Position numbers and translations under genes: made by a program | Assembly (NCBI GenBank): GCA_004431415.1 | Contig: QPMI01000590.1 | Coordinates: 1-64,000 of the forward strand | DNA: 64,000 nt | From: Cyanophora paradoxa CCMP329 | Lineage: Eukaryota > Plantae > Glaucophyta | Direction: 5' to 3' | Shown here: one piece after another, positions 43,501 through 55,533 of the stretch | How positions within the stretch are numbered: the stretch's first letter is position 1 | How the letters are laid out: the number at the start of each line of letters is the position of its first letter | The notes under the pieces: model-generated | Seen by the model: the letters and a program-made list of their open reading frames with translations, nothing else | The model's database searches: none | What the model was told of the DNA's origin: nothing

Positions 43501-44705
43501 CCTTGCACTGGAGGCACTTGAAGCGCGGGCCCACGATCGGGTTCTGCGCGGAAAGCGAGCGTCAGCGCGCGCAGCGCGGTCGAGGGCGCATCGGAGCGCG
43601 CACCATCTGGCACCCGTCGCACGTGACGCCACGGTGGACCGCATCCGTGGGCTGCTCCGACGACGAAAGGGCCGCCTCGGGCGCCCCGAGCGGGATCGAG
43701 GCCGTCACGTAGGCCTGCACCGGCGGCTCCGGGCGCGGCGCCGCCGCCGGCTCTGCAGAGGACGAAGCCGGGGCCGGCGACGGCGATGGGACCGGCGACG
43801 GAGGCACGCCCTGCATCACGTCGCGCATGAGCTCCTGCACTTTGACAGCGATCTCCGGCCCGATGGGGCAGCGCGTCATGAACTGGTCAACTGCGGAATC
43901 CGGGCGTCAGCGATGAGAATTGATCCCGCGGGATGAAAGTCGGCCAAACTACTCACTCGCAGCCGCGGCCTCGGATGCCATCTGCGGGAGCGGCCCACGC
44001 GAAGAATCGAACGCTGGGCGAAGACGTCAGCAGGTGGCCGATCGTGAAACGACGACGGAAGCGCACCAGGCGGCTCGCCCTCGAGGAACAAATTCAGAAG
44101 GACTGGCTTCGACGACGCGTTCTCCGCGATGCCACCTGTCTGCACGCGAATCGCCTCCTCCAGCTCCTGCGAGAATTGACGTATCAGGCGACCGCGCACA
44201 ACCGCGCAGCCGAAATCTCGACCGAAGGCGAGCGGAAAGGGGCCAGGCGCACGATCGTCGATGAGATCGTGCACAGATCTCCTTCATTGTCCTGCGGAGC
44301 ACGCGGAAGGGCGAGCGTCGATGAAAACGGCGGGCGCGGTTCGCATCGCATTCTGCCGGCCGCGGGCGCCCACGTGCACCTTATACTTGACGATAATGTT
44401 GCGCCCGGCACGCTCAGTAGCGAACAGGGTCGACAAAGTGCTCGAAACCGTCCTGAGGAGACGCTGAAGGTCAAGTGACGTCGACAGGCGCCGGCGGCGC
44501 AGCTGCAGAAGTGCGGCGCAGGGGCGCCGCGTACGACGTCGCAGACGTTATAAAATGTATAAGAAGAAAGCGCGCACCCGTACTCGACGGGAAGGGGGCT
44601 CGAGAAGCGGCGGAAAGTGGCGCCCAGCGCCGCCTTGAAAATGACGAGCGCCGTGGGGTTCTTCGTAAGCGCCACATTGATGATCTGCTTTTGCGCGTTG
44701 TCCAT
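40515..44705 (-). CDS. NBR1: NBR1-like selective autophagy receptor (PB1, two ZZ fingers, FW domain, UIM-like repeats, LIR, UBA-like)
   Basis: PB1 (IFKAALGATFRRFS; KYK|DNEGDLCTISS); ZZ1 HRGVTCDGC..GPRFKCLQCKDYDLCSACE; ZZ2 HAGVQCDSC..GTRHHCYTCGNYDLC; FW ARFVRDVT|IFD..FTKIWRLRNEG..W..FGHKIWVEIEV; LIR DDDWVNL; UBA-like LLREMG. Confidence 0.92.
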
Positions 44706-45136
44706 CGCTCCCAGTGGAGGCGCGGACGAGAGGACGATGCTAAATTCTCCTTGCTCAACTCTCTGCTACCCAGTGGTTGCAGGAGATCTGCAAGAAGCGA
44801 TTGTGAGTGAGGGAGCGCCAGAGTGAGGGGTGGAAGTACGCACGACGTCGACCGACGCAAGCGTTCACACGACTAACACGTACCCCACTTCCGCCTGCTC
44901 CCCCCTCCCGAACTCGGAGACGCACTCTGCAAAGCGCCAGTGCAGCGGCGCACCAGCTAGAGCGCCAGGAATCAGCTAGCGCTCACGGATCCGGAGCGCA
45001 CCACGCAAGCCCCGGCCCCCACCCGCCGGACGGCGGATGCCAGTCGCATAACGCCTAACCTCCAAGAGGCTCCAACCGGTTTCGATTCTCCGGAGCTGCT
45101 CAACGTGAAAGAAGCGGCGAGGATCGCTCATCTCGA

Positions 45137-46563
45137 ATGCAAAGCTTAAGGCGTCCGCTAGCCGCTCGCCTGCTGGCCGCGACAGCTCTGGTCACGACCG
45201 CGACCGGTGCCCTCTGGCTAGGTCCGGAGAGGCGTCGAGTCGCGTATGCAACCTTGGGATCCCATTTGACCGACCGGCAGATGTCTCGGGGCTGGCGCCG
45301 CAGTCGGCGGTCTCGGGCCCGCGTGCCGGGTTCGCCCGCCGGCTCCTGCAGGACACGGGGGTCTTCCGGTGCGGGCGCGGCGCACTGAGAGCGATCGACG
45401 ACGGAATCTCACTCGTCCACATCGCAGCGACGGGAAAATTCTGCCCATGATCTTGCTCGCCTGCATCATCGGCGGGGGTCTGCTCGCCTGCTCCCCGGCG
45501 CGCATTCCCCCTGCTGACCCGAGTTCGCACACTGCGCAGTCATTATCACCATCGGTAGTGCGCCCTGCGTCCGATCCCCGCGACGCCCCCGCGACGCCCC
45601 GCCCGGCGTAAGAACCTCCGCCCGCGGCCACTGACGTCGTGCGCAGTCGGGTGCTGCTGCAGGCGGTGCCTGGTGCGCAACCGGAGGCTGGTGCAGGCGT
45701 TCCAACTTGAGCGGAAGGGCCGGCGCATCAGCGTCATCTCGGACCACCCGGCGGCGCCGACCATCCACCACCAGGCGCGCCCTCCCCCGCCTCTGCGCGC
45801 TCCCCTTCTGCGGGGCCGTTGCTGAGCGGCGGCGCAGGATGTCATCCTCGACCACGACTCTGACGAAGAGGCCACCGAACTCTACGACCGGGTACCCCCG
45901 CGCCTCCCGCCCCCCCGGCCGCCGCCGCCTCGCGAGCGCTCGGCGCAGCCGCCGCCGAAGTGGTCGGAGCCGGAGCACGTGCCGCCGCCGAGCTCGGGGG
46001 GCCGGACGCCGAACCCGGAGGACCAGCTGCTGGGGCGGAGCCGGCACGGGCTCCTCAGCGACGAGGAGATGGACGTCCTCGACCGCGTCGTCGAGCAGCC
46101 GTCCAGCTTCGGGCCCCCGGGCCGCCTCCTCACCGTCCCCATGGCGCACCGCGTGCACGCGGCCCGCTCGCCCGCCGCGGACGACCCGCTCGCTTGCCCC
46201 CTCTGCTGCAACGGCTACGACAAGGCCTCCCGCCGCTTGCCCCGCCAGCTCCCCTGCGGTGCGGCGGTCCCCGGGGCCCCCGTCCCCGGGGCCCCCCCCC
46301 GCCCCCCGCCCGCCGGCTGAAGCAGGCGCGCAGGGCACCGCATCTGCTCCGTCTGCGAGCGCTTCATTCCGCAGGAGATGGTCCAGCTCCACGCCCTCGC
46401 CCGCGTCCCCCGCACCCTCTGCCCCTTCTGCCGGTGCACCGCGCTGCGACCCCGTACCCCTCTGAACTCCGCCCCCCCCTTCTGTCGTGACGGGAGCCCC
46501 AGGGAGCCGTTCTCGGAGCTGGACACGAAGGTCGTCCCCGAGATCATGCGCGCCCTCGGCTAG
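45137..46563 (+). CDS. Membrane-anchored RING-HC finger protein (putative E3 ligase), multi-exon
   Basis: N-terminal hydrophobic segments and C-terminal CPLC...LPC|GHRICSVC...CPFCR. Stop at 46563. Confidence 0.75.
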
Positions 46564-46932
46564 CCCCGCCGGCCCGTCGAGTCCTCCGGCCTCGAGCTCC
46601 AGGGCAATTGCAAGGCATCTCCGTCCTCCGTTAAAATTGCTAGTTATATTCTAGGTCTTCGTTCCTAGTTCATTATTCGCAACTGTGGCAAGCAGCGTCA
46701 GTGATCGTCTAGCCTTTTATCGAGTATCAATAAATAGTGTATCTAGTACGTATTGTATCGAGCGCTGTTCTAACTCTCGTACATCGTCACATGTGCAGTA
46801 CATGATCTTTTTTTTCTAAATAACTGAAAATGAACCCCCGGCGCCGAATTCGAAGGCAGCGACGTCGGATTCGAAAGCGCACGGGGGCGCTGCCCGGTAA
46901 ACGGGACATCCGAATCTAAGCTGAGCTGCCGG

Positions 46933-47895
46933 CTACTCGCCCTGGATGGTGGCTACAATGCGGCGGCTGTGGGCCGCGTTCCTGTGCTCGCAGAGCCAGA
47001 TCCCCTTTCCGGGGGTTGAGCTGGGGGCGCGCCGGCGGGGGCGGGGGGCGCGGGGGGCGGACCTGCCAGGTGCCGAGGGCGAGGCGGCCGTTCTCGATGG
47101 GGATGGAGACGGAGGCCCCGAAGAGGCTCGACTTCACGCTGCACGCGAGCGAGCGCGCCTCGGCCCCCGGCGCGGCCCGGTTGGGGCGCGCGCAGGCGGG
47201 GCGCTCACTGCGCCGGCATGTCGTCGGGCCCTGCCCCCGACGAGGGCGAAGCGTGAGGCCGGGCGTGCGCGTGGAGGGGGCCCGGGCGGGGCGGGGCTAC
47301 CCTCCGCGTCGTGCCGGTATGGGGCATTCTCGGGTACGATGCGATTGAGGGCGTCCTGGGCCGAGCGGGCGCGTCAACGGCAGCGCGGATCTAAAGTGCG
47401 GGGCCGGAGGTAGCACGCCTCCATGTCCTTCGGCACGTCCGAGTCGGCATTCTAAACGCGGGGCGCTCAGCTGGCGGGCAGACTCGCGGACTCGCCGTCC
47501 AGACGGGCCGCGCTGTGCTCGGCCCGCCCGGCGGGCGGACACAGACCTCGTTCACTGTTCGCAGCGAGCGCAGCGTCAGCGACGCCAACGGCAGAGAGCG
47601 GGAGGCGGGGCGGCGCACGCGTCAATGATGCAGACGTGTGCTGGATGAAAAGATGCAGCAGACCTGCAGAGGAGGCGCGTGAGCAACGCTGCACACGTAC
47701 GCACAGCGCGCCGCTGAATCGCGCTGCTAACCCACTTGCACTTTGCCGACATCGGCGCCGATGTGGCGCAGGACTTCGTCTGTAACGAGTTGGCACCCCC
47801 TCCGCTTCGCCGTGAGCGTGAAGTGCTTCCTGCGCGTCCCGGATCGGTCGCGGGCGCGGCGGCGCCTCGGCGGCGACACACCTGATCCACACCAT
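46933..47895 (-). CDS. yjbQ: YjbQ/UPF0047 family protein, 9 exons
   Basis: The spliced product reads RGCQLVTDEV...[62 protein letters not shown]...LALGTWQGIWLCEHR...IVATIQGE*. Confidence 0.95.
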
Positions 47896-48630
47896 CGATT
47901 TGCTGGTGGCGCCGGACACGCTTTGCTCACGAAATTCCAGCAGTCGTACTAGTATTTGTACCCTTGCGGCTTGTGTTCCCCTTCTACAAATACATTGTAC
48001 CCCAAAGCCTTCCAAAAGACCGTAGCCCTGCTGTCTGTGTGCCCCCCTCATATCTGGTACTTGTGTAAGTACTGGTGGTAGAAGGAGCCCAAAACAGCGT
48101 GGAGTCAAGCCGGCGGCTCAAAACGAACGTCGACGTCGACGTACCCTACCTTGGCCTGCTGGCTTGCTGGCGAGCTATAGGGCTCGCGGGCCGGCGCTGT
48201 GCCGCTAGTCTGTAACTCACGTGCACGCGCAGCGCGCACCTAGCTTTAGGCCAGCTGCAACGTGCAAGCCTTTGGTGCACGAGCGGCCCGCTGGCGTAGC
48301 CGGGAGCGGATAAAACATTAACCGGAGACGCGGCCCAGGCCTTAGCAGACGCGGCCCAGGCTCGGTTGTGTGGTTGTGGTGCTCGCTGGTCGCACTCGCA
48401 CGCGATTCAACGCATGTGCACCATGGCCAGTTCCTAGCAGGCGACTCGACAAGGTCGTCCTTAAGCTTCCGGTCAGCTTCTGCATCGTCGTAGCGTCGGA
48501 GAGTTGGTCGCGACCAGGAACCTCCGGGCGAATCGTTTTCGTTCGGTAGAACGCCGGCATTGCGGGAGCAAAGGGCAGCCGCGACTGCTCGGAGCCCCTA
48601 CGAGGGGAGTGACACCGTCGGGCCGCGCGG

Positions 48631-51600
48631 ATGGCGTCGGCGGGCGGCGCGCGTGGTGGGATGGGCTTCGGGCGGCGCGCGAGCGCTCTCGCCGAGGCGG
48701 AACTGGCGGAGGTGCTCGCGGCATCTTCGCTGGGCGGAGGTGACGATGGATCCGATCCCGGCGAAGCGCTGGGCCAGCGGTCGAGCACGCGGAGCCCAAT
48801 GGATTCGCTGAACCCGCGGAGCGCTACCCGCAGCTCGCGGGGCTCGATGGACGGCGGCTTCGGGTCACCGGACGCGGAGACGAGCGCGCGGCTGCAGAGC
48901 GCCTCGGCGGACCTGCACCGCCTGCGCTCGCTGCTGGGCATGGTGGAGAAGAACCAGCAGGCGGTGCCGCAGCACCCGGCCTCGACCGGCTCCCTCGGCC
49001 TCTCCTCCTCGGCCAACGGGAGCCCGAACCTCCGGCCGCTCTCCACGCCGGGCGAGCGATCGCCGCTCGCCTCCAGCCCGCGCCTCTTCAGCTTGCTCAA
49101 CAGCGCCCCCGCCGGCGACCGGCCGGCGCGCCCCGCCTCGCCGGCGCCGGGCGCGGTGCGGGCGCCCGTGCGGCCGACTTCGGAGCCCTCCTCGCGCCAC
49201 GGCTCGCCCCTGAACCGCGTCCGCGGCGCGGGCCCGAACCCCGCGGGCGACCGCGAGGGGCCCTCGGCGCCGCCGGCCGAGGGCCTCTCGGGGGGCCCGG
49301 GAGGGCGTGGAGCTGCAGCCGGGCATCGCCGTCACGGGCGAGGTCGAGGCCGGCGGCGAGCGCCACTACCTCTTCGACGTCTGGGGTCCGCCGCCCCCGC
49401 CGGCGTCCGCCCCCGCGCTCGCGCCCCCCGCCCACCGAGCCGGGGCCGGCGCAGAGCGGGCGGCGCTGCTGGTGCAGCTGGTCAACCTCGGGCGCTCGTC
49501 GGACCTGACTCTGTACGCCTCTTCGGGCGCCCCGGGCGCCGCTTCCTCCCCGGGGGGCTCCCGCCGAGGGTGCGCCACCGCGCGGACTTGCGATCCCGCC
49601 CTCTCACCGGGAGCCCTCCCCCGGCAGCGCGGGGCCCTCGCGGTACCAGTGGACGTGGCACCAGAGCTCCGAGGAGCCGCTCGTGATCCACGAGAATGGT
49701 GCGTGGGGGGGAGGAGCGGGCCGGGGCCCCCTCGCCCCGCCCCGCCCCGGCCCGGCGGGCGCTGACGGGCGGGGCGTGCAGACGCGCGGCTGCAGCTGGG
49801 GCCGCTGCGGATCGTGGTGCGCTCGCCGCAGGCGGCGCGCTACGAGATCGCCGTGAGCGCCCTCTCCCACGAGGCCCTCCGCCCCGGCCGCGTCTCCGGC
49901 TCCCTCCGCCCCGGCCGCCGCCGCTTCTACAAGGCGCGCCTTCGCGCTCGCCCGCCCCCGGCGACGCGCCCTTGACGCGGGGCCGGGGCAGGTGGTGGGG
50001 GACGGCTCGGCGATGGCGGGCGATCCCGTGCGGGTCGCCGTGCGGGCCCCCGCCGGCCACGCCCTCCGCCTCTTCGCCTCCACACGCCACGTCTACCCCA
50101 CCGAGGGTGCCCCCGCCCCCGCCCCCCGCGCACCCCGCCGCCCTCGAGCCTCGTCGCTCGCAGAGCACTGCATGTGGCAGGCGGTGGGCCCCTCGGGCCC
50201 CGGCGGGGTCGTCGAGCTGTGCCTCCCGGGGCCGGCCCCCGGCCAGGCCCTCTTCCTCGGCCTCTCCTCCGGTGCCCCTCGCGCCCCCTCGCCTCCCCCC
50301 CGATCCCGCCCTCTGACCCCGCTGCAGACGTGGCGACCTCGTACGACTTGGACCTGCAGCCGATGGCGGCCGCCGTCCCCGCCGCGCCCATCATTGCCAT
50401 CCGCCCCGCCTCCCTCGGTGCGCCCTCGCGCGCCCCCCGCCTGCGCCTGCCACCTGCCGGCTGGGCCTGGACCCACGCGACGCGCAGCGAGCATGGAGCA
50501 CATGGTGGCACCCAGCGTCGGCGCGATCAAGCAGGCCGGCCTCCCACCCCGCGCCGGCCGCGAGGGGCGGCCAAGCTCCGGACCGCTCTCGGGCCTCCCA
50601 AGGCCCGCCTCGCAGCCTCCGCCGGCCGCCCCGCCGCCGGTCGCGGCGCCCGTGTCGCCGCCGTCGACGGCGCCGGCAGCGGGGGCGTCGGGGGCGCAGC
50701 AGCAGGTGCTGTGCGGGAACATCAGCCGCAACCGCGCCGCCCTCAAGCGCAGCGTCACCTTCTCGGTCGGCGAGGAGCTCATGCAGGTGCGCCCCCGACC
50801 CCGCCCCGGACCCGCCCCGGACGGCGGCGGCCCTGAGCCGGCCGCCACCGCAGCCGAGCGCGCGGCGGCCGTCGGCGGTGGAGCTCGCCGAGTCGCTCGC
50901 GGCGGCGCTGGCGGCGGCGCAGCTCAACCGGCGCGGCTCGGTCGACTCGCCGGCCGCCACCCTCGACCTCCCCGCCCGCCCTCGCCCAAGCCCTCGCCGG
51001 CCATCACCCCCAGGCCCAACCCTCCGCCCCGCTCCCGCCTCCGCCCTCTCCGTCGACACCTCCCCCGCCCTCTCCCTCGGCACCTCCCCCGCACGCTCCC
51101 CGGTCCGCGTGCAGCGGCTCGAGATGGCGTCCCTCGCACCGCCCGCCCCGGCTCCCGCCCCGGCTCCCGCCCGGCTCCCGCCCCGGCTCCCGCCCGGCGC
51201 TGGCCGCGACGGCGCCGGCCGCGGCGGCCGCGGCCGCGGCGCCGGGCGGCAAGCCGGCGCGGCGGAGCTCGGTGGCGGCGCGGCCGCCCTCGCCGCGGCG
51301 GCGGCGCTCGATCTCGCAGGGCAACGCGCCCCGCGGCCGCGCCGGCTCCGTCGCCACCCGCCCCGAAGACCTCGCCGCCGCCGCCGCCGCAGCCGCCGCC
51401 GCCGCGGCCGCCGCGGCGGCGGCTGCGGCGCCGGGGCAGCGGCCGCCGTCGCGCTCGCGCTCGCGGCCGCCGTCGGCGCAGCGCAAGCCGGCGTGGAAGG
51501 AGGCCCCGGTGCGCCCCGCCCCCCCCCTCCCGCCCCGCCCCGCCCCGCCCGGCGCCGGCCGAGGCCCTGACGGCGCGTGCGGGGCGGGGGCAGCGGTCCG

Positions 51601-52397
51601 CCGGCTCGGACGACGAAGCGGACGACGAGGCCCTCGACGACACGACGGCCCGGTGCGGCCGCCCCGCCCCGCCCCGCCCCGCCCCGCCCCGCCCGCCGGC
51701 GCTTGCTTCTGACGGCGGGCGCGGCGCCGCAGGTGGACGGCGCGGCTCTCGGTGCGGGGCCGCCGGGGCTCCCTCTCGGCCCCCTCGTCGCTGCGCGCGG
51801 CGCGCGGCCCCGGGCCGGCGGGCGAGGAGGCGGAGGACGAGGAGGCGGAGGCGGTGCGGGGGCCCGGCGAGCTGCGCGCCGAGGCTCGCGCGGAGGCGCG
51901 CGCCCGCGCCGAGCAGAGCCTCGTCTGGCAGGTCCCCGTCCCCTCGCTCGGCGCCGCCGCCGGCGGGGCCGTCTCCCCCTGGGCCGCCGACGCCGACGCC
52001 GAGTCGGACGGCAAGCACGGCGGCAGCGGCAGCGGCGGCCGCCGCCGCAGCGAGCCGCTCGGGAGCAGTGGGGCGCCCCTCGCCGGCTGGCAGGAGGGCG
52101 AGGGCAGCGGCGGGCGCCGCCGCTCCGACACGGCCGCCGCGATCTCGTCGGGGCAGGCGGCGGCGGCGGCGGCGGCGGCGCTGGCGACGTCAACGTCGGC
52201 GGCGGCGGCCCCCTGGGGGGCCTTTCCCAAGGCCCCCGCAGAAGGGGAGGCCAACCCGTTCCTCCGGCCCCAGCTGCAGCCGCCGGCGCCCGGCGGCGCC
52301 CTCGAGCCTAGCCGGTGCCCTCGCGGCGACTTGCGCCTGCGCTCCCCGCCCCGCCCCGCTCACCGTCCGCTTCTTTCCCCCGCGCAGCGCCAGCTGA
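48631..52397 (+). CDS. Hypothetical multi-exon protein (Ser/Pro-rich, two beta-rich segments)
   Basis: Coding-like exons (LHRLRSLLGMVEKNQQ; ELQPGIAVTGEVEAGGERHYLFDV; LRLFASTRHVYPTE; LKRSVTFSVGEELMQ) separated by short introns. The end is inferred. Confidence 0.55.
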
Positions 52398-52951
52398 CAC
52401 CGCGCGTCGATGTCAAGCAATCCGCTCGGAGCGGGTCCTGCACCCCCGCATCCCAGACCTTTTTTTCAGCCCGCGGCTGCAGATCTAGGCGGCCCTTCCA
52501 GACAGATTCGATCTTTTCTGCATCCAGCTCAGTCAGAATGCCCCTCGAGCTCTTCTACATCTTTTTCGCTTGCACGCGTTAGGTAGGATTATCGATGCCG
52601 CCGGCGCCACTCTACACATTCCATTCAGTATTCCCCGCATTTCTTGCCCGCATCGGGGCCTGCTGCAACGAAGGCACAGCTCAAGCACGATTCCGAACTG
52701 CTAGCTGCAGCACACTCTAAAACACTATTCGCCCCTCTATTTGCGCATATGCATTATAGTAAACATTTACAGCTAGCTATAGGTACCAGGAGATTGCTAC
52801 TATCTACAGTATAGTAGATCGAAAACTACGAATTTTGAAAGCCGAGAAGAAATCGGATATCCTGCGCCTGGCACGGGGGCCGGGGCCCGAGGGCCGGGCG
52901 GGGGGCCGGCAGTGCTGCGGAGCCCGGGCCGGGGGCCGCGCCCGGCTGGCG

Positions 52952-55369
52952 CTAGGCGACGAAGTAGGCGGCCAGGACGAGGTCCTCCGCGAAGGCCACC
53001 TGCGCCGGCCCCTTCGGGCGGGGCGCCTCGGGGCCCGCGCGGGTTCCGGCCCCGGCGCTCGCCGCGCCGCCGCCGGGCCGGGAGAGGCGAGGGCGCGCGG
53101 GGCGGCGGGTCGGATCGCGGCGCACCTGGCCGCCGTCCGGGCAGAGGAGGCGCTCAAAGCGGCACCCCAGCGCCGCGCTCGCCTTCTCCAGCAGGATCTG
53201 AGCGGGCTCTCAGTCAGGGGGGGCAGTGGGGCCGGGCCGTGGCGCGCGTGCCTCGACGGCGTTGCCGTCGTTGGCGGGGACGGAGAACGAGAAGGCGACG
53301 GTGCCCTGCGTCGCGCGTCAGGGCCGAGCTGGCCGGCGGTCGGGGCCGCGACAGGCGGGCGGGGCGGGGCGGGGGCGGGGCGCCTGGCAGGCGAAGTAGG
53401 GGCGACGGTGTAGGAGCGGCGGCCGGCGACGAGGGGGGCGGCCCTGGGCGGCGCCAGGCGGGCGGCGAGGACGAGGCGGGAGACGCCGGTCTCGTGCGCC
53501 TCCTCGGGGTAGGCCCCGGGCGCCACCGCCAGCTCCAGCGAGGGGCCCGCGGGCCCCCCGCCTCAGCTAGCCCCGGCGCAGGGGCAGGGGCTGGGGCGGC
53601 GGCCGGGGCGGTGTCCGCGGGGACGGTGTCCGCGGGGCCTTGGGGAGGAGCGCCGGCGCTTGGCGGGCGGCGCGGGCGAGGCGGAGGAGGAGGGGCGGGG
53701 CCCGGGCGGCGGGGCGGCGGGCGCGGGGGCCTTTCGTTCCGCGGGGCGCGCGCGGGTGGGCGAGGCCTCTCCTGCAGCGGGAGGCGCCTTTTCCGCCTTC
53801 TTCCCCCCGCCCGCCCCCGACCCCGCCCGCGTCGATGCCGGCGTCGTCTTGGGCTCCGGCTTGGGCTTAGGCTCGGGCTTGGGCTTCGGTCGGGCCGCTG
53901 CCCCCGGCGCCGCGTCGCCCTCGCCCTCGCTGCCGCTCCCGCCGGCCCCCCGCTCCCCCTGCCGGCCCGCCCGCGCTCGAAGGGATGCGGGGGGGGAAGG
54001 GAAGCGAGCGGAAGGAGCCGGTACCCGTACCCGGGAGGCGAGGTGCGCGTCGAGCACGTCGGGGCAGTCCTCGCGGAGCGTACCCTCCTCCTCCCAGGAG
54101 TTGAAGCGGGGGAGCCAGCCCTCCCACTGTACCAGGTACTCCACCTGACGGAGGGGGAGGTTACGCGGGCTCGGACCCGGCGGCGGCCCCGGGTACGTCG
54201 ATCCCGAGGGCGGCGCACCTCGCGTGTCGTGCGGTTCCTCCGGTCGCGCAGGATCCTCTCCACGCGCCCCTCCTGCGGCTCCACGCGCCCCGGGCCCTCC
54301 TGCGCCGCGCTGAGGACGCAGGAAGCGTGTACCCCCGGAGGGGCGGGGGGGGACCTTGAAGGCCCCGTTCTCCTCGAGCCAGCGCATGAGGCGCGTCTTC
54401 CACTTCTCGTTGCTCGACCTTCGCGCCCTGTCTGAGAAACAAGGAAGGGAAGGGGGGAGGGGGGAGGGGGAAAGGGAGGGGGGGGGGGAAGGGGGGGGTG
54501 AGGGCGAGCCGACCTGTCGTCGTGGGCGCCGATGTCGGGCGGCTCGATGCCCGGCTCGGGGAAGAGGTTCTTGAACCACTGCTCCTCGCAGTAGGCTGCG
54601 CGGCCTCAGCGGTCTCTCTCCTGCAAAACTGGGACCGCGGCGCACTCCAGAGCTTGAAGTTCAGAATGGAATCCTTCAAATTGTGCTCGCCGCTCTCCAG
54701 CAGCTTGAACAGCTCCTCGCCTCGCATTGCGATCTGCGCGGGGCGGTCTTGACCGGGTTTGAAGTGGAGACGGGGGGATCTAAAAGCTGGGGAAGCCGCG
54801 CCTTGATCCGGTCATGGAACCGCGCGGCGTCCTGTTGAGGCGGGACCGGGCGCGTCAATGAGCGAGCGAAAAATCAGCTGCAGACGCATGCCAACCTCCT
54901 CTTCCATTGCGCTCTTGGTCACCTGCAGGAAGCCGTCAAGTTCGGAGGCGCGCGTGCGAGCGCGCGCGAGAATCCATAGCGCTAGCGCACCCGGACATTG
55001 ACGTTCTTCCGCATCTTGCCCAGCTCCGCCTTCCATCTCTTCGCGCCCTTGCCCTCGCGCAAGCGATACACGCAAACGAAATCGGAGCTTGAGGGAGGCA
55101 GCTGCGGACTGGTTAAGCACGATCATCGCGACGCGCGCGAGATCCGGGGCGCGCACGTCTTTCCCTCTCGAAGCGCTGCGCTTCGAAGCGCCTTTCGTCC
55201 GCGTCCGGGGCATTCGCTTCTTGGGAGAACGCGCGCGAAAACCCTCGCTCTCGCCGCCGCTGCTGCTCGAGCTTTCGCTCCCTGAGTTGCCGAATATCTC
55301 CTGCATCATGGCAGCCGCGTGCGCTTGCTCGTCGGCGTCGACTTCGCGCTCGACTTCAGCAGCTGTCAT
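52952..55369 (-). CDS. Chromodomain protein A (unrecognised helical domain + chromodomain + possible ubiquitin-like C-terminus)
   Basis: Chromodomain RVERILRDR..|VEYLVQWEGWLPRFNSWEEEGTL. The upstream domain is shared with the gene at 55534..58045. Confidence 0.8.
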
Positions 55370-55533
55370 TTTGCTCGTCCTATGCCCCAGCTCGTCAATC
55401 GGGAGAGCTCCTCCTACGCTCTTGCAGACCAGCGCTGAGCTTGCCGAACTGAAGCTGCAGCTGAACTGCGGGCTGACGCTTGAGATCCGCGATACCCCCC
55501 TGCGTAGCCGCCCCGCTGCCGCCGGCCCGAACG
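55370..55533. promoter_or_regulatory. Putative compact bidirectional promoter
   Basis: 164 bp between the divergent predicted ATGs of the two chromodomain paralogues. Inferred from geometry only. Confidence 0.45.
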
